Assembly (NCBI GenBank): GCA_965203485.1 | Contig: OZ241892.1 | Location: 3,232,001-3,296,000, forward strand | Reading direction: 5' to 3' | From: Longimicrobiales bacterium | Lineage (GTDB): Bacteria > Gemmatimonadota > Gemmatimonadetes > Longimicrobiales > Gaopeijiaceae | Length of the DNA: 64,000 bases | Shown: positions 19,478 to 29,431 of the stretch, piece after piece | Layout: every line of letters begins with the position of its first letter | Position numbering within the stretch: position 1 is the first letter of the stretch | The notes under the pieces: model-generated | Told to the model about the DNA's origin: nothing | The model's database searches: none | The model's input: only the letters and a program-made list of their open reading frames with translations | Position numbers and translations under genes: made by a program

Positions 19478-22396
19478 TCATCGGCTCCGCGGCCGGGGCC
19501 TCGCCTGCGAAGCGTGCCAGTCGGCCGCCCGCATCGACGCCAGGTTGGCGAACAGACGATAGGCGCCCGGCACGCCCGCCGGAAACTGCCGGAAGAAGGC
19601 CAATCCCGTGTACACGTAGAGGCCGTCGCCCACCGGGGCCACGAGCAGGCCGCCGCGTTGCGGCTCCTCGCCGGGATCGGCCAACTCGAGGACCGGCACG
19701 AAGCGCCGGTCCCAGTCGCTCAGAAAGTACAGGCCGCGCTCCTGCACCCAGCCCTCGAAGTCGGCCGCCCCGATGACGTTGGGGCCTCGGAACACCGGGG
19801 TCTCGGGCGCGAGCGCGGCCACGGGGGCCGTCTCGTCCACGACGCGGTCGTGCGGGCGGTTCATGCGCACCGGATAGGGCGCGAATCCGCCCTGCCCGTA
19901 CTCGTACTTGTTGTACTGGACGATCACGGTGCCGCCCGCCTGCGCAAAGCCGAGGACCGCGTCGTTCGCAGCGGCCAGCTCCGGGCGCGTCTCGTAGGCG
20001 CGGACGCCGAGCACGAGGACGTCGAGCCCCCCGAAGTCGCCGCTCCGCAACCGGCCGTCGTCCAGCAGCTCCACCGGCATCCCCGCTTGGCGGAGCGCAT
20101 CCGGCCCCGCGTCGCCCGATCCCATGATGTAGCCCACGCGCAGATCCGGGTTCGCGGCCAGAGGGAAGGCGGACACGCGCGAAGCGGCGCTTCCGTGCAG
20201 CGCCGCGCGCCGGATGTGGGGATGGGCCACGATGTCGTAGTCGCCTTCGAAGGCCGCGCCCGAGCCGTCTCGGGCCGACGCGCTGAAGATGTGCCGGCCG
20301 GCCGACGGCGCTCCCGAGGGCGCGACGTGAAAGACGAACGCGCCCGAGCCGCCCGGTTGCAGCGCAAACGGCCTCGACGCGGGCTCCACCCGCCAACCGT
20401 CTCCGGCATGGAGCCGCACCGAACCGGCTCGCGGCGACGCAGAGAGGTTGGCCACCGAGACCGTGAACGCGCGGGCGGCCCTGCTGGCCAGCGGCCACAC
20501 CATCGTTTGGGGAGCCAAGCCGACGTCCAGCGCAGGGGCCACGAGCACTCGCTCGCGGTACTCGCCCGACGCCTTGTCGACTCCTACGTAGCCGGCTTCA
20601 CGCACGACCTCGAGGAGATCCGTGCCGCTCGTCGAGAAGCCTTGGCCCGGGCTGGACGAGTCCGCCGCCGCACGCGCTCCCGCCGCAGACGACGACGCGT
20701 CCGAAGCGGCCGCCTGCGACGGCGCCAACCGCAACGCCGTCACCGCCCGCGCAGGCGCAGGGTCGAACGGCTTCGCCCACCGGTCGGCGTCCTCCGGCCA
20801 AGCGTACAAGTCGCCGGACCGCGGGCTTTCCAGGAAGTACGGCGCCGAGACCCGCGCCTGCGGCGGCACGGCCACTCGCCAGCTCCAGCGCGCGACGGCT
20901 CCCGGAAGCACGCGGCCGTCGGCGGGCGTCTCGGACGGATCGCTACGGAAGAAGAACGAGCCTCCGGGGTCCGTCGCGGCCTGGGCCGTCGCGGAAGCCG
21001 ACCATCCTTCCGGCAACTCCAAGCGCGGCGCCACGTCGTCCACCGCGAGCCGCCCCCCGTTCCAAACGATCACGTCCACCCCCACGGACTCCCCGGGAAC
21101 CACAACGTCCCGTGCCGCCCGCGCCTCCACCACCACGCCCGCCGCGGCGAGCGCCGTCTCGGACACGAGGGCCAACCGGTCGGCGATCATGCGGTGGGGC
21201 GGGCCGGGAGGCGCCTCGCGCGCCAGGCCGTCGAGAACGCGCGCCGCCTGGAGCAGTCCGGGAACAGCTCCGTCGCTCCGGTCCGCCGCCAGGGCGCCGC
21301 GAGCCGCGGCGACAGCCGTCCGGTACGCGTCCAGCCGCGCCCGCGCGTCCGAGGGCCAGGAAGGCGGCAACGGGTCGGGCAACTGGCCCGCCAGAGTCGT
21401 GTCGATGCCCGCGAACAGGCCGGTGTCGGCGCCCGCTTCGGCCCGCGAAGCCACGAGCGCCAACGGACTCTCCTGCGGCCCCATGATCTGCGGCGCACCC
21501 ATGTCCTGCGATCGGTGCCGGCTGCGGCTGGCCATCGCGAGCTGGAAGGGAGACATGCCCAGAAGCGGATCGAAGTCGCCCGTCGGCACCCGCAGCGTCG
21601 CGTCCCGAGGCGAAGAGCGCACCGACTGGTACAGCTTGAGCGGAGCCCACGGTTCCACGCCGCGTGCGGCCAGTCCCGGGAAGCGGACGGGATCGCCCGA
21701 CGCCTCGAAGGCTTCGCGCGCCGCCACTCCGGCCACCTGATGCTGGCCGTGCCGGTCCCGCGGCGTGCCCGAGAACACCGACACGATCACGTGGGGCCGA
21801 AACGCGCGAACCACGAAGACCACGTCGCGCACCACCTCGTCCAGCGGCCAGCGCCGCAACGTCTCGTCGAGCGTCTTGGAGTACCCGAAGTCGAAGGCCC
21901 GCGTGAAGTACTGCCTCCCGCCGTCGAGCTCCCGGGCGGCCACCAGCTCGCCGGTGCGCACGATCCCGAGCCCCTCTCCCAGCCTGGCGCCGATCAGATT
22001 CTGCCCGCCCTCGCCCCTGCTCAAGGACAGATACGCGGTCTCCGCTCCCATGCCCCGCGCCAATGCGGCCAAGAGTCCCGTGTCCTCGTCGTCCGGGTGG
22101 GCGGCGATCATCAGCACCCGCTTGACGCCGTCGAGCCGGCGGAAGCGAAGGGCGACCGAAGCGGCGCCGCGCTCGAACCGGGGCGCGTCTTGGACGGCCG
22201 GCGCGGGGGATTGGCGGAAGCCCGGGACGGCGGCCGAACGCGCGACGGAAGGACTCGCCTCCGGACTCGGCACACGCGGCGCGGCCAGCAGGTGGCGCGG
22301 CGCCGCGACGGGGGCGGCGAGCCCAAGGCCAAAGAGCGCCGCCGCGAACGCACGGCGGCCGGACGCGCACACGCCGAGGGCGATGGTCTGCTTCAT
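19478..22396 (-). CDS. secreted PIG-L family deacetylase with NEW3-like and C-terminal GATase-like domains
   Basis: AHPDDE, RGEGGQN, HGQHQ, SRHRSQDMG, GWVQERG, FFRQ..GVPGAYR; start uncertain. Confidence 0.88.
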   Translation of the reverse strand: MKQTIALGVCASGRRAFAAALFGLGLAAPVAAPRHLLAAPRVPSPEASPSVARSAAVPGFRQSPAPAVQDAPRFERGAASVALRFRRLDGVKRVLMIAAHPDDEDTGLLAALARGMGAETAYLSLSRGEGGQNLIGARLGEGLGIVRTGELVAARELDGGRQYFTRAFDFGYSKTLDETLRRWPLDEVVRDVVFVVRAFRPHVIVSVFSGTPRDRHGQHQVAGVAAREAFEASGDPVRFPGLAARGVEPWAPLKLYQSVRSSPRDATLRVPTGDFDPLLGMSPFQLAMASRSRHRSQDMGAPQIMGPQESPLALVASRAEAGADTGLFAGIDTTLAGQLPDPLPPSWPSDARARLDAYRTAVAAARGALAADRSDGAVPGLLQAARVLDGLAREAPPGPPHRMIADRLALVSETALAAAGVVVEARAARDVVVPGESVGVDVIVWNGGRLAVDDVAPRLELPEGWSASATAQAATDPGGSFFFRSDPSETPADGRVLPGAVARWSWRVAVPPQARVSAPYFLESPRSGDLYAWPEDADRWAKPFDPAPARAVTALRLAPSQAAASDASSSAAGARAAADSSSPGQGFSTSGTDLLEVVREAGYVGVDKASGEYRERVLVAPALDVGLAPQTMVWPLASRAARAFTVSVANLSASPRAGSVRLHAGDGWRVEPASRPFALQPGGSGAFVFHVAPSGAPSAGRHIFSASARDGSGAAFEGDYDIVAHPHIRRAALHGSAASRVSAFPLAANPDLRVGYIMGSGDAGPDALRQAGMPVELLDDGRLRSGDFGGLDVLVLGVRAYETRPELAAANDAVLGFAQAGGTVIVQYNKYEYGQGGFAPYPVRMNRPHDRVVDETAPVAALAPETPVFRGPNVIGAADFEGWVQERGLYFLSDWDRRFVPVLELADPGEEPQRGGLLVAPVGDGLYVYTGLAFFRQFPAGVPGAYRLFANLASMRAADWHASQARPRPRSR

Positions 22397-22665
22397 GCTC
22401 TTCAATGTACGAAGATGGCGGGTTGGGCGAAGCCGGCTACCTGGAGTCGGCTTGTCGCGTCGTCGTGGATCGAGACCTGATGACGCGCACGAAGGGAGAA
22501 TCAAGCTCTTCTCGATGGATGTACGCCTTCAGGCCTTGAAGCGCCGCCGTGAGTCGGCAGTCCCTCAGTCGCGACGATCCGCGACCGGATGCGGGAGGCC
22601 GCCGTTGACGAATGCCGTCGTGGCGAAGGGACGATGAGAGAGCCTCGGCGCATGCGGCGTCACGC

Positions 22666-24948
22666 TCACGCGCCGTAACTCAGCAGGTCGCCCCAGAAGG
22701 CGGTGACATCAGGTCGGCTTCGTTCCCGCGTGTCTTCTCCCGCCCGGATGATCTTGGGCGGATGGGACAAGCGAAGCAATGGTTCGTGGGGTCCGGCTCT
22801 CCGTACGGACTGCTTGGTCAACAGACCATGCTTCTCCAGCATGTGCCGGAGATTCGGCCATTGCGGCGATCGCGTTGTGGAGAACTTCGCCAAGTCGCTT
22901 TCAGAGACGTAGAACCGCCGCTCCATCTTGTGAAGAAAGCGCGCGAGCAGTTCAATGCGCTCCTTTTGGGCGGGAGTGTATCTTGGAGCCCTCAAGGCAA
23001 TATCGACGTCCGCGCCCAGCTTTGCCAAGATCGCGCGTACGCTTTCCGGCGCGAAGTAGTCGCCCTTCACGAAGTCCTCGTCGCCGGCTTCCACAACGAT
23101 GCCGTGCACCTGCGTCGTCAGGTCGTCCGAGGCGTGCTCGAATCGCGTCTTCGCCATCGCCACGGACGGAGACGACAGCGTGCATTCTTCGAATGTCGGC
23201 GATTGCATCTGTGCTTGCGTGAAGTCGACTTCCCTAAAATCGCAACGGTAGAAGCGCGGCCGTTCCAAGACGATGTGCCCCAAGTTCTCCTGCCGAAAAT
23301 CCAAGTTGCGCAGCGTCCCGGCCGGCCTCAGTCGCCCTCCCATTGCCAGCAAGCCGGCTACGATCCGACCGCCGTTCTCTCGTGCAACCGCGTGCATCAG
23401 CCCCGGACGCAGGACGTTGCACACCGATTCGATGATCATTGCGCGGGCAGAGTCGTTCGCGCCGGTGGTTCGCGTTGCCTGCCGAACCACCATGTCGTCG
23501 AGCACGGAGCGTTCCAAGAATCGCCGAAGATCGTCCGAACCGTCCTTAAGGCACCGGCGGAGCTTGTCCGCCAAGAAGTAGCCGTAGAGGACTTCATGCT
23601 CAAAGCATAGATCGCGTTTGGTCGCGCCGACCGTCCTCAAGAACGCGTAGCTGGATGCACGATTCTGGATTGCTGCGACAGTTTCTCGAGGCAGATCATA
23701 GTCCTCGGCTAGCAAAGCACCGAGTTCTTGAACCGTGTCGAAGTCCAAGCGGCGGGCCTCTTGCCACCACATTTCCATGGCCAATTCCGTCAGAAACAGT
23801 CGATGCTGTTCGCGGGTCAAGAGAGGCGTTCCTTCTTTGCTGGTCAGCTTGCCGTGCTCTCGGTTGATGAAGGCTTCCACGAGCTGCTCGATCACGGTGT
23901 CGTCCGATGAAATGCTCTCGCCTTCGATGAGCAGGTCTGTAATCCGTGACACGTAGAACGGCTTAGACAGCAGCTCGCGGTCGTCCAGTTCGTCCCGGAG
24001 TTTCTGAAAGTCGGCCAACACGTGCGCACTGTTTGCGGAGTCGTGTCGTCTCGCCGTCGAGGAAACAAATTCCTCGGCTTGGGCGTCGCCCCATGGTTTC
24101 AGATCAACGGTGTCCACGCCGTAGCCGAGACGCCCATCGTACCCGAACCGGCTGGCGTATTCGCGAAAGTTGTTGTAGTCGAAGAAGGAAGACCGCGCCG
24201 AGGCGACGACCACGCCCGATTGCTCGAGCTTCGCCACGAAGGTGGCTAGCGAAGAAAACGCTTCGTCGTATCCGCCGCTGCCGAGCAATTCGTCGAAGCC
24301 GTCTACGACCGGAACCAAGAGGCCGCGCCGAACGAGGGGCACGACGGCGCTGTACGGGAACTTGGCGCGCAGATCGTCGAGTTCCCGTGCCATGGCCTCG
24401 TCCAGGCGCGACAGAGAGCGACCTTGGACGTCGACATAGAAGAACAATGACTTGGCTGTGCCGTTCATGTACTTCTGGGCGCGCAGGAGAGTCATCCGCC
24501 TCAACGCCATCGTCTTTCCCGATCCAGCCTCTCCTCCAACCAACAGAATTCGGGTTTCCTGGAACGGAAGGTCTTCGGTGCTGCGCGCCTCGATGAGCTC
24601 GACCGCTGCGGTCGGCTCCGCTTCGTTGTCGTCGTCGTCGCGGGCGACGGCCAACGTGTCGACATATCCGGGTTCGTTCGGCGTGGTCTTGACCACGAAC
24701 TGCGCGAGCTGTTGGAGATCGGCCAAGTGCGGACTGGCAAGAAACGACTTGTAGTTCATCCGGCTGTCATTACAGACAACGTCCGGCAAGGCTCCGGCAG
24801 CCGACTGCAGCAACGTCACTTCACGTTCGTTTCCCCCTTTCTCCCAAACTAAGATGCCCCCTTCTGCGAGCACGTCCGATCCGGGATCCGAAAATGCCCG
24901 GACGTCTCTCTTGATCTCCGCGATGACGTTGATTGCGCTACCACTCAT
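22666..24948 (-). CDS. NACHT/STAND-type NTPase with pentapeptide-like repeats
   Basis: Walker A GEAGSGKT, Walker B LVPVVDGFDE, VVASAR, LLSKPFY, FEHEVLYGYFLA; repeats LRNLDFRQENL..FYRCDFREVDF..FEECTL. Confidence 0.82.
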   Translation of the reverse strand: MSGSAINVIAEIKRDVRAFSDPGSDVLAEGGILVWEKGGNEREVTLLQSAAGALPDVVCNDSRMNYKSFLASPHLADLQQLAQFVVKTTPNEPGYVDTLAVARDDDDNEAEPTAAVELIEARSTEDLPFQETRILLVGGEAGSGKTMALRRMTLLRAQKYMNGTAKSLFFYVDVQGRSLSRLDEAMARELDDLRAKFPYSAVVPLVRRGLLVPVVDGFDELLGSGGYDEAFSSLATFVAKLEQSGVVVASARSSFFDYNNFREYASRFGYDGRLGYGVDTVDLKPWGDAQAEEFVSSTARRHDSANSAHVLADFQKLRDELDDRELLSKPFYVSRITDLLIEGESISSDDTVIEQLVEAFINREHGKLTSKEGTPLLTREQHRLFLTELAMEMWWQEARRLDFDTVQELGALLAEDYDLPRETVAAIQNRASSYAFLRTVGATKRDLCFEHEVLYGYFLADKLRRCLKDGSDDLRRFLERSVLDDMVVRQATRTTGANDSARAMIIESVCNVLRPGLMHAVARENGGRIVAGLLAMGGRLRPAGTLRNLDFRQENLGHIVLERPRFYRCDFREVDFTQAQMQSPTFEECTLSSPSVAMAKTRFEHASDDLTTQVHGIVVEAGDEDFVKGDYFAPESVRAILAKLGADVDIALRAPRYTPAQKERIELLARFLHKMERRFYVSESDLAKFSTTRSPQWPNLRHMLEKHGLLTKQSVRRAGPHEPLLRLSHPPKIIRAGEDTRERSRPDVTAFWGDLLSYGA

Positions 24949-25642
24949 GGATTCGCACTCCCTCCCGTTCCAGCACTTCCCTGTAGAAGCTTCGCGTCTT
25001 GCGCTTTGTCAAGTGTATTAGCGCGACATCCGATGCTGCAAGCGCCAGCATCGCGGGAATCATGTCGTCGTCGTCGCTTGCAAGCACTACCGCATCTGCC
25101 AGTCTCTCGTAGCGGATGGCCATGGCGTCGGCGGTGAGCAACGTGTCGATCATCTTCTGGGCATATCTCGATGCGACGTCCGGGAGGCGCACCGGACAAG
25201 TGGGCTCGGGGCACCGCCCGGCGCACCAGGACTCGAACGACAAGAGGCTGCAACCATCGGTTCCCAAGGCGCAACGGGGAGCGCGCTCGACCTTCGTCTT
25301 GAGGCGCCCACTGCGCACGAGTCGCACGGACTCTCGAATGGGAACGTTGCGGTCCCATACGGGCGACTCGGCGAGTTCCAGCCGAAACATTTGGCGGCCG
25401 GCGCGCCGCGGCATTTGTTGGATCGCGTTGTTCAACATGCGACGAAGGTCGTGTTGCGTCGCGGGCACGTCGCCGTCCCATCCGCCGTAGAGGCGGGTGG
25501 TCACCTCTCCGGCCGAGGGGACTGTCGCTAGAACCTGCTCCGTCAGTTGCTCCAATCCCAACCGGACATCGCCGAACCGGGGGCGACGGCCGGTGGGCCA
25601 GAGATCGAGATTGAATAGATCGGCGAGGCAGTAGGCGTGCAT
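24938..25642 (-). CDS. NYN (PIN-like) domain nuclease with Cys-rich insertion
   Basis: N-terminal CLADLFN (DxxN), RLYGGW, QKMIDTLLTAD, VLASDDDDMIP; 11-bp overlap with the NTPase start. Confidence 0.8.
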   Translation of the reverse strand: MHAYCLADLFNLDLWPTGRRPRFGDVRLGLEQLTEQVLATVPSAGEVTTRLYGGWDGDVPATQHDLRRMLNNAIQQMPRRAGRQMFRLELAESPVWDRNVPIRESVRLVRSGRLKTKVERAPRCALGTDGCSLLSFESWCAGRCPEPTCPVRLPDVASRYAQKMIDTLLTADAMAIRYERLADAVVLASDDDDMIPAMLALAASDVALIHLTKRKTRSFYREVLEREGVRIHEW

Positions 25643-25757
25643 GTCGGTCGTGGCTCCAAGGTTCAACGCGGAACGATAGCGACTCCTTTGGGACGCCGGA
25701 ATGGCGGAATGCACTCGGCAACGACTTTCGGCCGCCGACGGGCCGGGCCGCATGACG

Positions 25758-26681
25758 TCACGCCCGCGGCCACGGCTTTCCCAGGCGGGCGGGCGCTTGG
25801 GAGCGGCCGAACCAGCCGGCGAGGGCGGCTAGGCACAGGACGTAGGGGAGGGCCAGGAAGAGCGGATAGGGGAGGTCCGCGTTGGTGGCCTGGAGGACGA
25901 ACTGGAGGGCCTCGGCTCCGCTGAAGAAGAGGGCTGCCGCGACGACGCCCTTGGGGTCCCAGCGTCCGAGCACGACGACCGCGATGGCGACGAAGCCTCG
26001 TCCGGCGGACATGTTCTCGGCGAACGTGCCGGTGTGGACGAGGCTTAGGTGGGCGCCCGCGAGGCCGGCCATGAGTCCGCCGAAGAGCGTCGCGGCCACG
26101 CGGGTTCGGATCACGGGAATGCCGGCGGCGTGGGCGGCGTCGGCGTCTTCGCCGGTTGCGCGCAGGGCGAGTCCCCGGCGGGTTCGGAAGAGGAACCACG
26201 CGAGCAGCGGGGCCAGGACGTAGACGGCGTAGAGCGTGGGCGGGCCGTCGAAGAGTACGGGTCCCAGGAGCGGCGCCTTGGACAGCAGGGGGATTTCCCA
26301 GGCCGGAACGGTTTGCAGCTCCAAAGCCAAGCCGGTTGCCCCGAAGCGGCTCTGGAAGACGGCGCCGGTGAAGCCGAGGCTCCCGACGGTGACCGCTGTG
26401 CCCACCACGATCTGGTTTGCGTTCAGGCAGACGGCGAAGAACGCGAAGACCAAGGCGGCCGCGCCTCCGGCGAGCGAGCCGCCGGCCAGTCCGGCGTAGG
26501 GACCGGCGGCCAAGCCCGCCAAGGCGCCGCCCAGCGCTCCGCAGATCATGGAGCCCTCGATGCCAATGTTGATGACGCCCGCCCGCTCGGACACGGTCTC
26601 GCCCAGGGCCGCCAGCGCCAGCGGGACGGCAAGGCCCGTGGCGGCCGACAGGAAGGCCGCGAGCATGCCCGAGTCAGCCAC
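25758..26681 (-). CDS. ABC transporter permease (nucleoside/sugar, NupC-like)
   Basis: ERAGVINIGIEG, LRATGE...GI, AGRGFVAIA, LPY. Confidence 0.92.
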   Translation of the reverse strand: MADSGMLAAFLSAATGLAVPLALAALGETVSERAGVINIGIEGSMICGALGGALAGLAAGPYAGLAGGSLAGGAAALVFAFFAVCLNANQIVVGTAVTVGSLGFTGAVFQSRFGATGLALELQTVPAWEIPLLSKAPLLGPVLFDGPPTLYAVYVLAPLLAWFLFRTRRGLALRATGEDADAAHAAGIPVIRTRVAATLFGGLMAGLAGAHLSLVHTGTFAENMSAGRGFVAIAVVVLGRWDPKGVVAAALFFSGAEALQFVLQATNADLPYPLFLALPYVLCLAALAGWFGRSQAPARLGKPWPRA

Positions 26682-27768
26682 GGCCGTTGCCTCCTCCCCG
26701 AAAGGCCCGGTCCACGGCCAGAAGGGCCAGGATCAGCAACGCCTCGGTCCCGCGCACCCATGCCTCGGGCACGCCGGCGTCTCTCTGCATTGCGCCGCCC
26801 CCCGCTCCGAGGGCGCCGAAGGCGATCGCCGAGACGACGACGGCGCCGGGATGCAACCGCGCCAGGAGGGCGACGGCGATCGCGGTGTAGCCCCATCCCG
26901 GAGAGAATCCTTCGTACATCCGCCGGGTGACGCCCGCGACCTGGATCCAGCCGGCCAAGCCCGCGATCGCGCCGGACGCGAGAAAGGACAGGCAGGCCAC
27001 GCGGGCGGGATCGAAGCGGCCGCTGGCCAGCGCCGCCTTCGGAGATGCTCCGGCGACGCGGACGCGAAAGCCGCTCGAAGTGCGGGTCGCGTAGAGCCAG
27101 AGTGCGCATGCCATCGCGATTCCGACCGCAAAGCCGACGTGCAGGCGCATGCCGGGCACGAGCGGCGGGAGCTGCGCCGCCGCGGGCACCTCGTCGGTCA
27201 TGTTGAACACCCCGCGCGATTCCTGCAGCGGGCCTTGGACGAGAAACTGCGCCAGGAACAGCGCCACGAAGTTCATGAGGAGCGTCGTGATCACTTCGCC
27301 CACGCCCATCCTCGCCTTCATCGCGACGGGCGCCAGCGCCCATGCCGCGCCGCCGGCCGTGGCCGCGGCCAGGGTGGCGAGCACGAGCGCCGGGCCGCCG
27401 GCGTCGCGCCAGAAGACCGCCACCGCCACGCCCGCCAGCGCGCCCGCGTAGAGTTGCCCCTCCGCCCCGATGTTCCACACGCCCGCGCGAAAGGCCACCG
27501 CCACGGCCAAGCCGGCCAGCAGCAGCGGCGTCGCCTGCACGAGGGTGAACGACACGAAGCGGCGCCACGACCCGAAGGCCCCCTGGACGAGCGCGGCGAA
27601 GGCGTCGGCCGGCGAGTGGCCGCCCATCGCCAGGAGGACGGCCGCCACGCCGAGCGCCGCCGCGAACGCAAGCGCCGAGCGGCCGGCGGAACCGAGCGAA
27701 CGCGCGGCTGCGCCGTTGCGGGGGCGCGGCGCCGCCGGCCGGCTAGCCGCGATCCGGTTTCCTTGCAC
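26674..27768 (-). CDS. ABC transporter permease (NupB-like)
   Basis: NIGAEGQ, EVITTLLMN, GYTAIAVALL. Confidence 0.92.
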   Translation of the reverse strand: MQGNRIAASRPAAPRPRNGAAARSLGSAGRSALAFAAALGVAAVLLAMGGHSPADAFAALVQGAFGSWRRFVSFTLVQATPLLLAGLAVAVAFRAGVWNIGAEGQLYAGALAGVAVAVFWRDAGGPALVLATLAAATAGGAAWALAPVAMKARMGVGEVITTLLMNFVALFLAQFLVQGPLQESRGVFNMTDEVPAAAQLPPLVPGMRLHVGFAVGIAMACALWLYATRTSSGFRVRVAGASPKAALASGRFDPARVACLSFLASGAIAGLAGWIQVAGVTRRMYEGFSPGWGYTAIAVALLARLHPGAVVVSAIAFGALGAGGGAMQRDAGVPEAWVRGTEALLILALLAVDRAFRGGGNGRG

Positions 27769-29431
27769 CGGAGTCGGAGGCGCCCAGCATGAGTTCGCCG
27801 ACGGCGTCGGCGGACCGGTCGCCTTCGGGGACGGGCAGGAGGCGTCCGCGGACCATGACGACGATCCTGTCCGACATTTCGAGTATCTCGTCCAGGTCCG
27901 ACGATATCAGCACCACCGCCGGAGGCCGCGGCCCCGAACGGACCATCGCGGCGATTCGTCGCCGCACGGCTTGGGTGGCGTTCACGTCTAGGCCGCGCGT
28001 GGGCGACTCGGCGATCAGCAGCGAAGTCGAGCGCCGCAGTTCTCGGGCCACGAGGAGCCGTTGCTGATTGCCGCCCGAGAGAGTCCGCGCGAGGGCGTCC
28101 GGCCCCGGCGCCGCCACGTCCATCTGGGCTAGCGCGTCCAGTGTTCTCCGCCGCACGGCCGTCCAGTCGATCCACGGCCCGCGCGTGCATTCAGGAGCGT
28201 CGTGAAGCGCCAGCGCCATGTTCTCCGCGAGCGAGAAGTCGCCCACCAAGCCTTCGGCGCTCCGGTCCAAGGGCGCCCAGCCTGGGTTGTCGGGAGCCTC
28301 GACCGTCCCGGACAGCGGCGCAAGCGCCCCGGCCAAGACGGACGCCAGCTCTCGTTGGCCGTTGCCTTCGACTCCGGCGACGCCCAGAACCTCGCCGCGC
28401 TTGGCGAGCAGGGTGGCGCCGCGAAGCGCCGGCGCGTGCGGATCGCCCGCGACCACGTCGGTCAGCGAAGCGACGAGGGCCGCCCGGTCGCCGCCGTCGT
28501 CCGCGCCCGCGCGGGGATCGCCGCCGGATTCGTCGGCCTGCGCCCGCCCGCTCGCGTCCGCCGAACGCTCGCCCGTCGATGCACGCACCGCGCCGCCGCT
28601 GCCCGCGACATCCCTTCGCGGCGTGTCAGATTCTAGGGGGAATCTGTCGGAGAATCTGTCGCGGCGGTTCCCCGGGCGAGCGCGGCGCCCGATCATGGCC
28701 GCGGCCAGTTCGTCGCCCGCGAAGTCGGCCGTTCTTCCCTCCAGCGCCCGCTGTCCCCGCCGAAGCACCGTCACCCGGTCGGCGGCCGCCATCACTTCGT
28801 CGAGCTTGTGCGCGATCAGGACGACGCCGGCGCCGGAGCGGGCCACTCTCCGCAATGCGGCGAAGAGTCCCTGCACTTCCGTCGGCGCCAAGACCGCGGT
28901 CGGCTCGTCCATGAGCAGCACGCGAGTGTCGGTCATCAGCGCCTTGAGGATCTCGATTCGCTGGCGATGTCCGACGCTGGTCCGCTCGACCGGCACGTCC
29001 AGATCGGCGGCGAGCCCGAGTTCGGCCGCCCGGGCCTCGATGCGCGCCCGGTACCCGGGGACCGGCCCGCCCCGCCTTGTCCACGCCTCGCGGTTGAACA
29101 ACGCCACGTTCTCGAAGCCGGTGAAGCGTCCGACCAGCGAGAAGTGCTGATGGACCATTGCCACTCCCCGCTCCCGCGCATCGGCGGCGTTGCGGAGGCG
29201 AACCGGGGTTCCCGCGATCTCCACCCGGCCCTCGTCGGGGGCCAGGAGACCTGCGAGGACGCGGGCGAGGGTCGTCTTGCCAGCTCCGTTCTCGCCCAGC
29301 ACGCCGTGAATCTCGCCCGGCGCCAGCTCGAAGCAGGCGCGGTCCAGCGCGACGACCGGCCCGAAGCGCCGCGTCACGCCGACCAAGCGCGCGGCAACCC
29401 GGGTCCGCGCCGCCGTGGCGCCGGCCTTCAG
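27743..29431 (-). CDS. ABC transporter ATP-binding protein with two NBDs (NupA-like) and an expanded linker
   Basis: GENGAGKT, LLMDEPT, GVEGNGQ, LSGGNQQ, PTRGLD; start uncertain (CTG overlapping the upstream stop). Confidence 0.9.
   Translation of the reverse strand: MKAGATAARTRVAARLVGVTRRFGPVVALDRACFELAPGEIHGVLGENGAGKTTLARVLAGLLAPDEGRVEIAGTPVRLRNAADARERGVAMVHQHFSLVGRFTGFENVALFNREAWTRRGGPVPGYRARIEARAAELGLAADLDVPVERTSVGHRQRIEILKALMTDTRVLLMDEPTAVLAPTEVQGLFAALRRVARSGAGVVLIAHKLDEVMAAADRVTVLRRGQRALEGRTADFAGDELAAAMIGRRARPGNRRDRFSDRFPLESDTPRRDVAGSGGAVRASTGERSADASGRAQADESGGDPRAGADDGGDRAALVASLTDVVAGDPHAPALRGATLLAKRGEVLGVAGVEGNGQRELASVLAGALAPLSGTVEAPDNPGWAPLDRSAEGLVGDFSLAENMALALHDAPECTRGPWIDWTAVRRRTLDALAQMDVAAPGPDALARTLSGGNQQRLLVARELRRSTSLLIAESPTRGLDVNATQAVRRRIAAMVRSGPRPPAVVLISSDLDEILEMSDRIVVMVRGRLLPVPEGDRSADAVGELMLGASDSGARKPDRG
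28625..28660. repeat. 36-bp tripartite motif copy, inside the ABC ATPase linker
   Basis: GTCAGATTC-TAGGGG-GAATCTGTC-GGA-GAATCTGTC. Confidence 0.75.

Noticed and set aside
18362..22480. Very long ORFs such as 18362-22480(+), 51013-54126(-) and the upstream parts of 29428-34359(-) and 3641-7267(-)
   Set aside because: Arg/Pro/Gly-rich shadow frames of real genes, expected at this GC content; no motifs
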